Part shown: positions 27,080-39,156 of the stretch, piece after piece
How positions within the stretch are numbered: the first letter of the stretch is position 1
How the letters are laid out: each line of letters starts with the position of its first letter
NCBI GenBank assembly: GCA_963663475.2
Contig: CAXXJV010000001.1
Coordinates: 32,001-96,000, forward strand
DNA from: Candidatus Cloacimonadales bacterium
Lineage (GTDB): Bacteria > Cloacimonadota > Cloacimonadia > Cloacimonadales > JAFGVF01
DNA: 64,000 bases
Direction: 5' to 3'
Made by a program: the position numbers and the translations under genes
The notes under the pieces: generated by a model
The model's input: only the letters and a program-made list of their open reading frames with translations
The model's database searches: none
Told to the model about the DNA's origin: nothing

Positions 27080-27694
27080 ATGAAGACTATTAGTATAGAA
27101 TATGATGGCAATAAGGAAAAGTTTATTATAAAATGTGATGGTTTGGAAGATCTTGTTTTAAAATCAAGTTTAGGAGCAAAATGTTTATATCATTTAATTA
27201 ACAATCCAGATAGATCCTTTAAGCCTGCAATTCTGAGGGATATTATCAAAAGTAGTGTAGAGGTTCCAGGGGAAATTAGGAGATGTTTTGAGATAACAAG
27301 CAATGATGATCAGTTGTTTTATCAAGCAATGAATTCATATATTCCAGCTTGTGATATGAAAACTGTAATTGAATGTAGAAAGAGATTAAAGCAAATTAAT
27401 CTAGAATTAGCTGAAGCCAATTTTAATAATGATTTAAAGGGGGCTGATAATCTAATAGCTGAAAAAGATGAAATTGAATCTTACCTGCAGGATAGTTTAA
27501 ATATTAATGGGACATTTAGAAACCTGAATAAAGAGCCTAGGAAAGCAACTAGAGCTATTCAGAGAAATTTAACTCATGTATTAGATGAGATTGGCCAAAG
27601 AGCACCTGACTTGTACAACTTACTTAATAGTAGGCTACTAATAACAAGTCAGGAAGTAAAATATTTTATTAGTAACAAGTCTTACTTCCTTTAG
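27080..27694 (+). CDS. Hypothetical protein resembling the stand-alone C-terminal domain of AAA/TPR transcriptional regulators
   Basis: LG..CL..L..NP.R; RKRLKQINLELAEANFNND...EKDEI; RKATRAIQRNL...I...AP.L pattern. Confidence 0.6.
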   Translation: MKTISIEYDGNKEKFIIKCDGLEDLVLKSSLGAKCLYHLINNPDRSFKPAILRDIIKSSVEVPGEIRRCFEITSNDDQLFYQAMNSYIPACDMKTVIECRKRLKQINLELAEANFNNDLKGADNLIAEKDEIESYLQDSLNINGTFRNLNKEPRKATRAIQRNLTHVLDEIGQRAPDLYNLLNSRLLITSQEVKYFISNKSYFL

Positions 27695-27965
27695 CCAAGT
27701 AGTGGAGTAGGATTTTAGGGAAGAGTGCAGATTCTTCTAGCAAAACAAGTTACAGAAATTGAAAGCATATAATCCCAGATAGTGTAGTAGGGCTTTAGTA
27801 ATTCTTAGCTAAAGCTAGGCATCACAGGTGAAGATTGCAGATTATTCTAGCAAAATAGCTTACAGAATTTTGACGCCTATATTTTATATATTCGGAGAAA
27901 TTATGGATCTTACTTTTGCTGAAGAATATTCTGCTATTCACATTAGGCTACTGCACTATTTGGGC
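27691..27965. mobile_element. Foldback MITE-like element (partial copy followed by full copy 27773-27965)
   Basis: CCCAGATAGTGTAGTAG...CTACTGCACTATTTGGG ends; core shared with the copies at 45562, 51722, 61521 and 62133. Confidence 0.7.
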
Positions 27966-28260
27966 TATATCCCCTTTTCCAGGGGATTTTTTTAATCCAA
28001 GTAGTCTAGAGAATTTAAGGGGAGATTGCAACTTCTGGGATTATTCTCTCTTCTCAAAAAAAGTAACAGAACAGTATTTTAAAACCAATCAGTCAGTTAA
28101 GCCTAAGATATAATTTTGAGGAAATATTTTGATCATCACTTTAATCTCTTATTTAATAGTCTTTTAAGATTTTTTTTTATGTCTAAGAATAAAATCCTTG
28201 CCAAAATAGATTAAATAAGATAAGTTGGAAAAAAATACTAAATAATTTAGATAGGGAATA

Positions 28261-29706
28261 ATGTTCAAAGAAAAGCTTAACACAGATTTCATTGTAAAAT
28301 TTAACAATTATATTGTAGAAAACAGGTTAATAGAGAAGAAGAGTAAGATCCTTGTTGGATTTTCAGGAGGACCAGACTCTACTGCCCTTCTACTTGCCTT
28401 GTTAATGATAAAGGATAGTTTAGATTTATCTATCCTAGTTGCTCATGTAAATTATAATTTACGGGGGGATGATTCTCAAGCAGATGAGGCTTTTGTTAGA
28501 GATTTTTGCTTTTCTCACAACCTCTATTTAGTGATCAATCGGGTAGAGATTGACGGTGGTTCTAATATGGAGGCTACTGCAAGAGATATCAGAATGAATT
28601 ATTTTTACAGTCTTTTAAAAGATTACAAGTTAGATGCAATAGCTTTAGGGCATAATTACAGTGATAATGCTGAAACTGTTATGATGAATCTTGTTAGAGG
28701 GGCTGGGATAACAGGTCTAAGGGGTATATTACCCAAGTACAATCAAATAATTCATCCTTTATTAAGCTTTACTAGGCAAGAAATTTGTGCTTTTCTGATG
28801 AGTCAAAACATAGCTTGGCGGGAAGACAAGAGTAACCAGGAATCTACCTTTACTAGGAACAAGATAAGAAATGATTTATTCCCTTGGATTGAAGAGAATT
28901 TAAATCCTGCCATAGTTGATAAGATGGTATCTTTATCAACAATGATGATAGAGACTGAAGATTTTTTAGAGGATTATCTTGAACGTTCTTTTAAGCGGTA
29001 TGTAGTTAAGCAAAGTGATGATAAAATTACCCTATCCTTAAGAACTATTCTGCACACTAAGAGGATTCTCAGATACTATATTTTTAAGAAATGCCTCTTT
29101 CAGCTTAGGGGAACAGACAGTGATATTTATCAAAACAATATCTTAGAAATAGAGAATATTCTTACTTCAGATGGTTCTAAGATGCTTAATTTCCCTAACA
29201 AGATTTATGTGATAAAGGAATATGATTATTTAGTTTTTACCAAAAAGAATCCTTTAACAAAGCAAGAGAACATACCAGATGCTAAAGTTATTGATTCTCT
29301 TAGGCCACGACTTAGTTTTGGTAAGTATAGAATTAAGATGAAGCGGATAAAGAAAATACCTTCCGAGAAGTCTTTAGTAAATAATAAGAATTTAGTATTT
29401 TTAGATTATGATGAGATAAACTTTCCTATAACAATAAGAAATAGAGATAATGGAGATAGATTTATACCCTTAGGTTTAAAGGGATTTAAGAAGTTAAAAG
29501 ATTTTTTCATTGACGAAAAAGTGTCTAAATTCGATAGAGATAAGATACCTATTTTTACTGATTCAGATAAAATAATTTGGGTTGGAGGAATGAGGATAGA
29601 TAATAGGGTTGCTATTAGTGAGAAAACTACTAGTATTTTAAGAATAGAATTAGAAAAAGTAAATAATAAAAAAATGCGTTCAGCTGAACGAAAACAAAAA
29701 GGATAA
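28261..29706 (+). CDS. tilS: tRNA(Ile)-lysidine synthetase
   Basis: SGGPDS, HVNYNLRG, GHNYSDNAET, RNKIRN, C-terminal KKLKDFFIDEKV; tilS-hpt-ftsH synteny. Confidence 0.95.
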   Translation: MFKEKLNTDFIVKFNNYIVENRLIEKKSKILVGFSGGPDSTALLLALLMIKDSLDLSILVAHVNYNLRGDDSQADEAFVRDFCFSHNLYLVINRVEIDGGSNMEATARDIRMNYFYSLLKDYKLDAIALGHNYSDNAETVMMNLVRGAGITGLRGILPKYNQIIHPLLSFTRQEICAFLMSQNIAWREDKSNQESTFTRNKIRNDLFPWIEENLNPAIVDKMVSLSTMMIETEDFLEDYLERSFKRYVVKQSDDKITLSLRTILHTKRILRYYIFKKCLFQLRGTDSDIYQNNILEIENILTSDGSKMLNFPNKIYVIKEYDYLVFTKKNPLTKQENIPDAKVIDSLRPRLSFGKYRIKMKRIKKIPSEKSLVNNKNLVFLDYDEINFPITIRNRDNGDRFIPLGLKGFKKLKDFFIDEKVSKFDRDKIPIFTDSDKIIWVGGMRIDNRVAISEKTTSILRIELEKVNNKKMRSAERKQKG

Positions 29707-29711
29707 ATTTT

Positions 29712-30248
29712 ATGATACAAGATATATCTGCAATAATGTTTGATGAAAGACAAATTAATACAAGAATTAAAGAGTTAGGTGAACAGATTTCTAAAGATTA
29801 CTGTGGTAAATACCCTGTACTCCTTTGCATTTTAAAAGGTGCATCTATGTTTATGGCTGATTTAATGAGAGCTATAACAATACCAGTTGAGATAGATTTT
29901 ATGGCAATTTCAAGTTATGGAGATAGTAGAAAATCTTCTGGGGTAGTGAAAATTAAGAAAGATGTTGATGTAAATTTAGAAGATAGAGATGTGATTATTG
30001 TTGAAGATATTGTTGATACTGGTTTATCACTCAAATATCTTAAAGAGTATATTAATAAGCACAATCCAAGTTCTTTAGCAACTTGCGTTTTATTAGATAA
30101 GCCTAGTGGTCATAAGATTGAAGTTTCTGTGGAGTATATTGGTTTCCAAGTAGCTAATGAGTTTGTTGTTGGTTACGGTTTGGACTTTGCCCAGAAATAT
30201 CGTAACCTACCTTTCATAGGTATTCTTAAGGAGGATGTTTATTCATGA
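29712..30248 (+). CDS. hpt: Hypoxanthine phosphoribosyltransferase
   Basis: ILKGA, VEDIVDTGLSL, FVVGYGLD, YRNLP. Confidence 0.95.
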   Translation: MIQDISAIMFDERQINTRIKELGEQISKDYCGKYPVLLCILKGASMFMADLMRAITIPVEIDFMAISSYGDSRKSSGVVKIKKDVDVNLEDRDVIIVEDIVDTGLSLKYLKEYINKHNPSSLATCVLLDKPSGHKIEVSVEYIGFQVANEFVVGYGLDFAQKYRNLPFIGILKEDVYS

Positions 30249-32242
30249 ACAATGAAGAACAAAATAACAATAAAAACATAAAAAAGCCCAACGAAGATAA
30301 AAAAAGTAAGGGACCTAATCCCTTAAAAAATCCTTCAGGCAATAAATATTCCTTTATTATTGTCTTAATCTTAGGAGCTATTTTAATCTGGGCACTACTA
30401 CAAGATTCTCAGAATCAAAAAGAAGTAGATAACAAAGAATTTTGGTCTGCTTTAAATAGTGGCACAATCAATGAGGTTGTGATAGAAGGTGATGTCTTAA
30501 ATTATAAAGTAGGTAATCAGTCTTTTTTCACCCGTTGGTCACAGTATGATTATGATTTTAAACAAGAATTGATAGAAAAGACTCAGGGACCGGTGAAAGA
30601 AAAAGTTCCATCTAAATGGGAAGCTATTTTAATCTCTTGGCTACCTTTCTTACTAATGATCTTCTTCTTCTGGTTCTTTATGCTTAGAAATGTTAATAAA
30701 GGACAGAATTCAGCCTTTTCTTTTGGCAAGAGTAAGGCTAAAAGATTTGATGGTACAAAGACTAAGGTAAAATTTGATGATGTTGCTGGTGTAGATGAAG
30801 CCAAGGAAGAATTAACTGAAATAGTAGAGTATTTAAAAAATCCTAAGAAGTTTGAAATGTTAGGTGGTAGGATACCAAAGGGTGTACTCTTAGTGGGCAG
30901 ACCTGGAACAGGTAAAACTCTTCTAGCTAAGGCTGTGGCTGGTGAAGCTAATGTACCATTCTTTAGTGTAAGTGGTTCTGACTTCGTAGAGATGTTTGTA
31001 GGTGTGGGTGCTTCTCGTGTAAGAGATTTATTTGCCCAGGCTAAAAAGAATGCTCCGGCAATTGCTTTTATTGATGAGCTTGATGCTGTGGGAAGACATA
31101 GAGGCTCTGGACTTGGTGGTGGTCATGATGAACGTGAGCAGACTCTTAATCAATTGCTTGTAGAAATGGATGGTTTCGAAATAAACGATTCAGTGATAAT
31201 TATTGCAGCAACCAACCGTCCTGATGTTCTTGATCCTGCATTACTTAGACCAGGAAGATTTGATAGACAGGTTATAGTTGATTTACCTGATATAAATGGT
31301 AGGACTAAGATCCTTCAGGTTCATTCTAAGAAAGTACCTCTTTCTCCAGAAGTAAATTTAAAGATAATTGCTAGGGCAACCCCTGGTTTCAGTGGTGCTG
31401 AGCTTGCTAACCTTGTAAACGAAGCTGCCTTAATTGCTGCTAGATCATCTAAGAAATTTATTGAGATGGAAGACTTTGAAGAAGCCAAAGATAAACTTAC
31501 CTTAGGAAAGCAAAAGAAGAGTAAAATAGTTTTACCTGAAGAAAGAAAAATTACCTCTTACCATGAGATTGGACATGTAATCTGTGCTCTTTTTGAAAAG
31601 CATGGTTCTCCTGCTCATAAGGTTTCCATAATCCCAAGAGGTATGACTGGGGGAGCAACTCATTTCCTAGGAGAAGAGAAATCTAATTACTCCAAGAGTT
31701 TTTTGAAATCTATGCTAGTACATCTATTAGGTGGAAGAGCAGCCGAAGATATTGTCTTTGATGAAATTACAACAGGAGCTTCTAACGATATCGATAGGGC
31801 AACTGATATAGTAAAACAAATGGTATGTAATTGGGGGATGAGTAAGAGAATAGGTCCTTTAGCTGTTATGAAGAAAGAACAAGAAGTCTTCTTAGGTAAG
31901 CAAATAGGACAAAAAGAACTACATAGCGAAGAAGTAGCTAAAATTGTTGATTCTGAAATTCATTCTTTCATAGATGAAGCTTATAAAAAAGCTAAAGATA
32001 TCATAATCAAACATAGAGAATTGGTTGATTCTCTTGCGGATGAACTTCTAGAAAAAGAAACCCTTTCCGCTGAAGAGATTTTCGCTATTGTGGAAAAATA
32101 CGTTACTGGTGATGATTTAGATTTTGCTAAAGAAAAATACCAGAAGGCTAAACAGCTAAGTTTTGAACTTCTTAAAGAAGAAGAAAGTCATGGGAAAATC
32201 AAGAAAGACCAAGTAAATAAAGAAGAAGATAAAGAAGTATAA
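30245..32242 (+). CDS. ftsH: ATP-dependent zinc metalloprotease FtsH
   Basis: Two TM helices; [31 protein letters not shown]. Confidence 0.97.
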   Translation: MNNEEQNNNKNIKKPNEDKKSKGPNPLKNPSGNKYSFIIVLILGAILIWALLQDSQNQKEVDNKEFWSALNSGTINEVVIEGDVLNYKVGNQSFFTRWSQYDYDFKQELIEKTQGPVKEKVPSKWEAILISWLPFLLMIFFFWFFMLRNVNKGQNSAFSFGKSKAKRFDGTKTKVKFDDVAGVDEAKEELTEIVEYLKNPKKFEMLGGRIPKGVLLVGRPGTGKTLLAKAVAGEANVPFFSVSGSDFVEMFVGVGASRVRDLFAQAKKNAPAIAFIDELDAVGRHRGSGLGGGHDEREQTLNQLLVEMDGFEINDSVIIIAATNRPDVLDPALLRPGRFDRQVIVDLPDINGRTKILQVHSKKVPLSPEVNLKIIARATPGFSGAELANLVNEAALIAARSSKKFIEMEDFEEAKDKLTLGKQKKSKIVLPEERKITSYHEIGHVICALFEKHGSPAHKVSIIPRGMTGGATHFLGEEKSNYSKSFLKSMLVHLLGGRAAEDIVFDEITTGASNDIDRATDIVKQMVCNWGMSKRIGPLAVMKKEQEVFLGKQIGQKELHSEEVAKIVDSEIHSFIDEAYKKAKDIIIKHRELVDSLADELLEKETLSAEEIFAIVEKYVTGDDLDFAKEKYQKAKQLSFELLKEEESHGKIKKDQVNKEEDKEV

Positions 32243-32246
32243 TTTG

Positions 32247-32281
32247 AAGTAGGAAGGAGTCTCTTCTCTTTCCTACTTTTT
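32247..32281 (+). terminator. Terminator-like hairpin between ftsH and hslV
   Basis: AAGTAGGAAGGAG...CTCTTTCCTACTTTTT. Confidence 0.55.
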
Positions 32282-32300
32282 AATAAATTTAAGGGGAAAA

Positions 32301-32837
32301 ATGGAACAGTTTCACGGAACTACTATTTTAGGTATTCTAAAAGATGGGAATTTAGTCATTGGTGGTGATGGACAAGTTACTCTTGGCCACACTGTAATTA
32401 AAGATACTGCTAGGAAAATTAGGCACCTTTACAATGGACAGGTTATTGCTGGATTTGCTGGAGCTACAGCAGATGCTTTTACACTTTTTGAAAGATTTGA
32501 TGCCAAATTAAAAGAAAGCAAGGGAAACTTAAGAAAAGCTGCTGTTGAATTAGCTAAAGATTGGCGGTCAGATAGAATTCTCCGCAAGCTGGAGGCTATG
32601 ATTATTGCAGGTTCTAATGATGCCTTGCTAATTATTACTGGTGTTGGTGATGTACTGGAACCTAATAATGGTATCTGTGCTATTGGTTCTGGAGGAAACT
32701 ATGCCTTGTCTGCTGCTAGAGCCCTATCTGAAAATACTAAACTATCCAATAAAGAACTTGTGGAAAAATCACTTCATATAGCTGCTGATATTTGTATCTA
32801 TACAAACCATAATTTAGTAATTGAAGAATTAAAGTAG
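32301..32837 (+). CDS. hslV: HslUV protease peptidase subunit
   Basis: [33 protein letters not shown]. Confidence 0.97.
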   Translation: MEQFHGTTILGILKDGNLVIGGDGQVTLGHTVIKDTARKIRHLYNGQVIAGFAGATADAFTLFERFDAKLKESKGNLRKAAVELAKDWRSDRILRKLEAMIIAGSNDALLIITGVGDVLEPNNGICAIGSGGNYALSAARALSENTKLSNKELVEKSLHIAADICIYTNHNLVIEELK

Positions 32838-32839
32838 GA

Positions 32840-34216
32840 ATGAAAATGATAGATCGTAACGAACTTACACCCAAAAGAATTGTTAAAGAATTAGATAAAT
32901 ATATTATTGGTCAAGACCAGGCTAAAAAAGCTGTTGCTATAGCTTTAAGAAACCGCTGGAGAAGACAAAGAGTTGGTGCTGACCTACAGAACGAGATAGT
33001 ACCTAATAATATTATTATGATTGGTCCTACTGGTGTTGGTAAGACTGAAATTGCCCGTAGGTTATCAAAACTAGCTAATGCCCCTTTTATCAAGGTGGAA
33101 GCTTCTAAATTCACTGAAGTAGGCTATGTTGGTAGAGATGTTGAATCTATGATTAGAGAACTCATGGCCCTAGCTATTAACCAAGTTAATGAACAAATGC
33201 TAGAGGATGTTCAGATTGAAGCTAAGAAAAAAGCTAGGGAGCTAGTTTTAGACAAGCTTATCTCTCCTATCGGGAAAAAAACAAGTGAGGAAAGTGAAGA
33301 AGATTATCAAGAAAAATTAGAACGCTATAATCGTTCAAGAGCAAAGATGGAGTCTATGTTAGATGAAGGAAAACTTGATCAACGTAAAATTGACCTAGAG
33401 GTTAAAGATTCTCCTAAAAAGCCTCAAATAGAAATCTTCTCAAATACTGGTATGGATATGCTTGATCTAGACCTGCAAGATATGCTTGGTAATATTATGA
33501 ACAAAGGCGATAAGAAGAAAAAGAAATCTTTCTTTGTTAAAGAAGCTTTATCTTACTTCCAAGAAATGGAAGCTCAAAAACTTGTAAAAAAAGAACTTGT
33601 GGTCGAAAAAGCCAAAGATTTAGTAGAAAATCATGGCATTGTTTTTATTGATGAGATTGATAAAATTGCTTCTACTGATAAGAAATCCTCTGCTGATGTC
33701 TCACGTGCAGGTGTGCAAAGAGACCTGCTACCAATTGTCGAAGGTTCTAATGTGCCCACAAAACATGGTATTATCAAAACAGACCATATCCTTTTTATTG
33801 CTGCTGGAGCCTTTCATGTAGCTAAACCTTCCGACTTAATCCCAGAACTGCAAGGTAGATTCCCTATCAGGGTTGAATTAAATAGTCTCACTGCTGACGA
33901 CTTTGAGAAGATACTAACCTTCCCTGAAAATTCTCTCACAAAACAATATACAGCTCTCTTCAAAACTGAAAAAGTTAAACTTAGCTTTACTAAAAAAGCA
34001 GTTAAGCAAATCGCTTACTATGCTTTCAAAGCTAATGAAAAAATGGAAGATATTGGAGCAAGAAGACTGCATACTATTTTAAATAAGCTTATGGAAAACT
34101 ATCTCTTTGAAATGCCTACTAGCAAATATAAAAGTGTTAAAATTGACGAAGATTTGGTAAACACTGTCATCAATGATGTTGTGGAAAATGAAGACCTATC
34201 ACGTTATATTCTATAA
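32840..34216 (+). CDS. hslU: HslUV protease ATPase subunit
   Basis: GPTGVGKTEIARR, GYVGRDVES, FIDEIDKI, ELQGRFPIRV, GARRL. Confidence 0.97.
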   Translation: MKMIDRNELTPKRIVKELDKYIIGQDQAKKAVAIALRNRWRRQRVGADLQNEIVPNNIIMIGPTGVGKTEIARRLSKLANAPFIKVEASKFTEVGYVGRDVESMIRELMALAINQVNEQMLEDVQIEAKKKARELVLDKLISPIGKKTSEESEEDYQEKLERYNRSRAKMESMLDEGKLDQRKIDLEVKDSPKKPQIEIFSNTGMDMLDLDLQDMLGNIMNKGDKKKKKSFFVKEALSYFQEMEAQKLVKKELVVEKAKDLVENHGIVFIDEIDKIASTDKKSSADVSRAGVQRDLLPIVEGSNVPTKHGIIKTDHILFIAAGAFHVAKPSDLIPELQGRFPIRVELNSLTADDFEKILTFPENSLTKQYTALFKTEKVKLSFTKKAVKQIAYYAFKANEKMEDIGARRLHTILNKLMENYLFEMPTSKYKSVKIDEDLVNTVINDVVENEDLSRYIL

Positions 34217-34306
34217 ATTTTTAAAAAGTAGCCCCTTCTTTTCTTTTGTAAATAAAATTAAAGAAGGGAGCTATGCTACAAATTACCCGACCTGGGAGAT
34301 TGACTA

Positions 34307-34762
34307 ATGCTAAAAAAAGTAATTCTCTGTCTGATAATTGCTAGCTTCTGCTTTTCATTATTAGCTTACGATACTGGTAAATCCCCTAGTAAAGCTGCCC
34401 TCTACTCTTTCCTTATTCCAGGAGGAGGACAGTATTATAATGAATCTACTTGGAAAAGTATCTTATGGGGTGGTTCTGAACTGGGTTTCATCGCCCTAAC
34501 TTCCTACCACCATAATAAGTTCCTTGATTATAAAGACAAAAGAAATAATGCTAGTAACCAAGAAGAATGGGCAAAATGGAATAAGGAGGCAGGTGACCAA
34601 CTCCATAAAAGAAATAATGGTTTCTGGTGGTTAGGGTCTACTCTAATTCTCTCTATGATGGACGCTTATGTTGATGCTGCCCTCTTCGACTTCGCTGAAG
34701 AAAAACAAAAGCTGGAACTGCAATTTAATCTTAATTACCTAGGACTACAATTTAATTTTTAA
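34307..34762 (+). CDS. DUF5683-like membrane/exported protein
   Basis: Signal peptide; SPSKAALYSFLIPGGGQYYN; DAYVDA. Confidence 0.65.
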   Translation: MLKKVILCLIIASFCFSLLAYDTGKSPSKAALYSFLIPGGGQYYNESTWKSILWGGSELGFIALTSYHHNKFLDYKDKRNNASNQEEWAKWNKEAGDQLHKRNNGFWWLGSTLILSMMDAYVDAALFDFAEEKQKLELQFNLNYLGLQFNF

Positions 34763-34902
34763 CTACTTTTTCTAAAATAAGATAATAGACTTGAGAAAAT
34801 AAGTGCTATTCTCAAAGATATACTGCATTATTGGGTTAAAATAACTTATTTTATTAAATTATTGACAAATCACATAAAGTATAAAAAAATGATAATAAGT
34901 GA

Positions 34903-35466
<564 letters not shown>

Positions 35467-35470
35467 ACTA

Positions 35471-36274
35471 ATGTCATTCTGGACTAAATATACAAACATA
35501 ATCAAAAGCAATAAATCATATGTTTGCCTAGGATTAGATAGTGAGTTAAGTAAGTTACCTAGTCATCTCTTAGACCAAGAGGACCCTATCTTTGCCTTTA
35601 ACAAGGCTATAATTGACCAAACTAAAGATATTGTGGCTTGCTACAAACCAAACTTTGCTTTCTACCTTTCTCAAGGCTTAAAATCTCTCTCTTCATTGCA
35701 AAAAACTATTAGCTATATCCCTGATCATATTCCTGTTATCTTAGATATTAAAGCTGGTGATATAGGAAATACTATGGCAAACTATGCTAAAGCATTCTTT
35801 ACAGATTGGGGAGTGGATGCAATAACTGCTAATCCTCTCATGGGAAATGATGTTATGAAAGCAATTGAACCTTTCCAAGAAAACTTTGCCTTCCTATTAG
35901 CCCTGACATCTAATCCTTCTGCTAAAGATTATTTGAAGGTTAATGACCTCTACAAAAACATTTCTGAGAATATTAATAATCTTCCTAATAAGCAATTTGG
36001 TGCAGTAGTGGGAGCCACTAATTCACAAGAACTAAGGGAGCTCAGAAAATTAATGCCAGAATCTCTCTTCCTTATACCAGGTATAGGTGCTCAAGGAGGA
36101 TCATTAAGAGACGTTGTTAGCAGTACTTGCTATTCAAAAGATGATGCACGTTTTGTGATAAACTCTTCCAGAGGAATTATCTTTGCTGATTCATCTGAAA
36201 GCTTTGCCCAAGTAGCTAGAGAGAAAGCAGAATCCCTACGTGACCAAATAAATAAGCTTATTGCAGACCTATAA
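35471..36274 (+). CDS. pyrF: Orotidine-5'-phosphate decarboxylase (type 2)
   Basis: CLGLD, YKPNFAFY, LDIKAGDIGNT, TSNP, VVGAT, PGIGAQGG, NSSRGI. Confidence 0.93.
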   Translation: MSFWTKYTNIIKSNKSYVCLGLDSELSKLPSHLLDQEDPIFAFNKAIIDQTKDIVACYKPNFAFYLSQGLKSLSSLQKTISYIPDHIPVILDIKAGDIGNTMANYAKAFFTDWGVDAITANPLMGNDVMKAIEPFQENFAFLLALTSNPSAKDYLKVNDLYKNISENINNLPNKQFGAVVGATNSQELRELRKLMPESLFLIPGIGAQGGSLRDVVSSTCYSKDDARFVINSSRGIIFADSSESFAQVAREKAESLRDQINKLIADL

Positions 36275-36310
36275 ACTTAAATAAAAAAATGTAATCAAGG
36301 ATAGAATAAT

Positions 36311-36787
36311 ATGAATAATAGACCTAGTTGGCAGAAGTACTTTATTGACATGGCATATTTAGTATCTACCCGTTCCACCTGTTTAAGACGTAAGGTTGGA
36401 GCAGTTATTGTTAAAAACAATCAAGTTATCTCAACAGGCTATAATGGTGCACCTAAAAGTGTTCCCCACTGTTCAATAACTGGATGTTTAAGACAACAAA
36501 TGAATGTCCCTTCTGGACAAAGACATGAGCTTTGTCGAGGTGTTCATGCGGAACAAAATGCAATTGTCCAGGCTGCTGTCAATGGTACTTCTATCCAAAA
36601 TGCTGAGTTATACTGCACTACTCAACCTTGTATTATTTGTGCAAAAATGATTATAAATTCTGAGATAAAAAGGGTCTTTGTTGCAGAAAGTTATAATGAT
36701 GAAATGTCTTTGGAGATGTTAACTCAAGCAAATGTTGAATTAATCAAAGTTGATAAAGAGACAGGTCAGCTAACAAAATTAAATTGA
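36311..36787 (+). CDS. dCMP deaminase (ComEB family)
   Basis: [27 protein letters not shown]. Confidence 0.9.
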   Translation: MNNRPSWQKYFIDMAYLVSTRSTCLRRKVGAVIVKNNQVISTGYNGAPKSVPHCSITGCLRQQMNVPSGQRHELCRGVHAEQNAIVQAAVNGTSIQNAELYCTTQPCIICAKMIINSEIKRVFVAESYNDEMSLEMLTQANVELIKVDKETGQLTKLN

Positions 36788-36795
36788 GGGGTTTT

Positions 36796-38031
36796 ATGAA
36801 GAGATCTATTAGTCTATTATTCCTGATATCCTTTACCTTGTTATCAGGAAAAATTCTGACATTAGATGAAGCTGTAGAGCTGGCTTTAACTAATTCTCAG
36901 GATAGTAAGATAAACACTATAAACCTAAATAAGGTACATTCCAGCTATAAATCCACCTTGTGGGATATTGCCCCAGATGGATCAATTAGCTATAACTGGA
37001 CACGTTCAAATGGCCTTATATCCAAGGGAGCAGGCTTAACTATTAGCAAGTCTATTGGCTCTACCCTACCTGACTACTTCAACTGGAAAAGTGCTAAGCA
37101 TAATATTGAAATAGCTAAAATCAACAGTGAAAAAATAAACAAAGATATTGCCTGGCAAGTTTTAAACTCTTATGTAGATTTACTCTTAAGTCAGAAAAAA
37201 TTAGAAATCTATGCGGAGAATTACCAGGTCCAGTTAGATCTTTTGACAGAGACACAGCTGAAAAAAGAACTGGGAAGATCTACTCTTTATGAGTATAATC
37301 AAGTAGAAATTAATGCCTTAAATAGCCAGCTGGCAGTCTTAGATGCTGAAAAGAATATTAGCGAGAAGATTAAAAACTTTAATCTACTATTAGGGATAGA
37401 GGCTGATAGTCTTTCTCTGCAAGATATTGATTTTAATCTTCCTGCAGATTATGATTTTGATATTGACCAAGAAAAATCATATTCAATCTTAATGAATGAG
37501 TTAAATATTGATCATAGTAAATTCCTTCTAATCCAAGATAGATTAAGATTCTTGCCTGATTTAACTGTCTCCTGGTCATATGGTTCTTCTTCAATTAACA
37601 ATCAACCTTTTGAATTTGATAATTATCAAGATGGTTCTAGCTGGAGAATGTCCTTAAGTTATCCCTTACTTAATTTCTTTAAACAAAGAGAAAGTCATTA
37701 TCGTAATAAAGAAAACCTCTATACAGATATGATTAATCTTGATCAGCAAATTGATGAGTTAAAAACTAACTACCAAAATCATATTGCTGATTTAGAAAAC
37801 ATGTTTATAAGAAAAGATATTAATGATAAGATATTACTTCAAGCTCAGGAGAACTTTGAAATAGCTAAAACTAATTTCTCATTAGGACTTATAAAATCAA
37901 TTGAGCTAGAACAATCAAAAACAGATTTGCGAGAAGCTGAACTTAACAATCTTGATATTGATTATCAAATTTATTTAAAACATCAAGCAATAAATCATTT
38001 GTTATCCAAGAAGATAGCAAATAAGTGGTAG
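36796..38031 (+). CDS. TolC-family outer membrane protein
   Basis: Signal peptide; LTLDEAVELAL, RFLPDLTVS, duplicated helical halves; start reassigned to ATG 36796. Confidence 0.8.
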   Translation: MKRSISLLFLISFTLLSGKILTLDEAVELALTNSQDSKINTINLNKVHSSYKSTLWDIAPDGSISYNWTRSNGLISKGAGLTISKSIGSTLPDYFNWKSAKHNIEIAKINSEKINKDIAWQVLNSYVDLLLSQKKLEIYAENYQVQLDLLTETQLKKELGRSTLYEYNQVEINALNSQLAVLDAEKNISEKIKNFNLLLGIEADSLSLQDIDFNLPADYDFDIDQEKSYSILMNELNIDHSKFLLIQDRLRFLPDLTVSWSYGSSSINNQPFEFDNYQDGSSWRMSLSYPLLNFFKQRESHYRNKENLYTDMINLDQQIDELKTNYQNHIADLENMFIRKDINDKILLQAQENFEIAKTNFSLGLIKSIELEQSKTDLREAELNNLDIDYQIYLKHQAINHLLSKKIANKW

Positions 38032-38037
38032 GGAAAA

Positions 38038-39156
38038 ATGAAAAAAGCACTTAAAATTATATTTACTTTAATTATTGTATCATTACTTGCAGCATGGGGA
38101 TTCAAATATTTCTCAAAAAAAGATATGACAGAAACTTCAGGACCTGCTTTTGAGCTTAAAACAACTAAAGCTGAACTTGGAGAAATTGCTACTCAAATTG
38201 ATATCACTGGTGAAATTGAACCAGAAACTATCGTGGAAATTAAATCAAAAGTCTCAGGTAAAATAGTAAAATTCTATAAAAATATCAATGACTATGTTAA
38301 TGCTGGAGACTTAATAGCCTCTATCGAAATTGACTACCAACAAGCAAATAGTATTACTAATACAAGATCTAATCTTGATTTAGCAGAAATTAGATATAAA
38401 TGGGCAAAACGTGATTTAGATGACATCCAAGCTCAATACCAAGCAGGATTTGAAACAAAATACAACTACGATACAGCGGTCAAAAACTTAGAACAAGCTG
38501 AACTAAACTACACTATCGCCCAAGAACAATATAAACAAGTTGAAGATATTGATACTAAAAGCGAAGTATCCAAAATATACTCATCAGTTAGTGGAACAGT
38601 TATTACTCGTACAGTAGAAGAAGGTGAAATGGTATCTTCTATAGGACTTGGTAATTCTGATGGTACAGCTATCATGCAGATTGCTGATTTATCCAAAATG
38701 ATTGTTAAATCTAATATTAACGAAATAGATATTAATAAATATAAAGAGGGACAGACTGCTGCTATTACAGTTCCAGCAAATCCAAAGCATTCTTATAATG
38801 GCATCATAACCCAGGTAGCAGCTATGGCTCAAAATGTTAATAACGTAAAAGTCTTCCCAATTGAAATAGAATTGTCTGATGTTGATGAAATGATTAAGCC
38901 TGGTATGACTGCTGAAATTTCCATTAAGGGACAATCAAAGAGTGATATTATAATTATTCCTATCAAAGCCTTATTCAGTAACGAAAAAGGTGAAGATGTA
39001 GTATATACTGTAGAAAATAATGCTATTAAAGATACTAAAGTTATTGTAACTGGAATTAATAATTTAACCCATGTTGAAGTTATTAGAGGTTTAGAAGCAG
39101 GAGAAGAAGTTTCATTAGTACCACCTTCATTATTAGCCAATGGAGATAAAAAATAG
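38038..39156 (+). CDS. Efflux periplasmic adaptor (MacA/HlyD family)
   Basis: EIKSKVSGKI, SSVSGTV lipoyl halves, NEIDI, KPGMTA, GLEAGEEV. Confidence 0.9.
   Translation: MKKALKIIFTLIIVSLLAAWGFKYFSKKDMTETSGPAFELKTTKAELGEIATQIDITGEIEPETIVEIKSKVSGKIVKFYKNINDYVNAGDLIASIEIDYQQANSITNTRSNLDLAEIRYKWAKRDLDDIQAQYQAGFETKYNYDTAVKNLEQAELNYTIAQEQYKQVEDIDTKSEVSKIYSSVSGTVITRTVEEGEMVSSIGLGNSDGTAIMQIADLSKMIVKSNINEIDINKYKEGQTAAITVPANPKHSYNGIITQVAAMAQNVNNVKVFPIEIELSDVDEMIKPGMTAEISIKGQSKSDIIIIPIKALFSNEKGEDVVYTVENNAIKDTKVIVTGINNLTHVEVIRGLEAGEEVSLVPPSLLANGDKK

Noticed and set aside
27916-28113. 65-aa ORF
   Set aside because: Starts with TTG inside the MITE-like repeat; no RBS or recognisable motif
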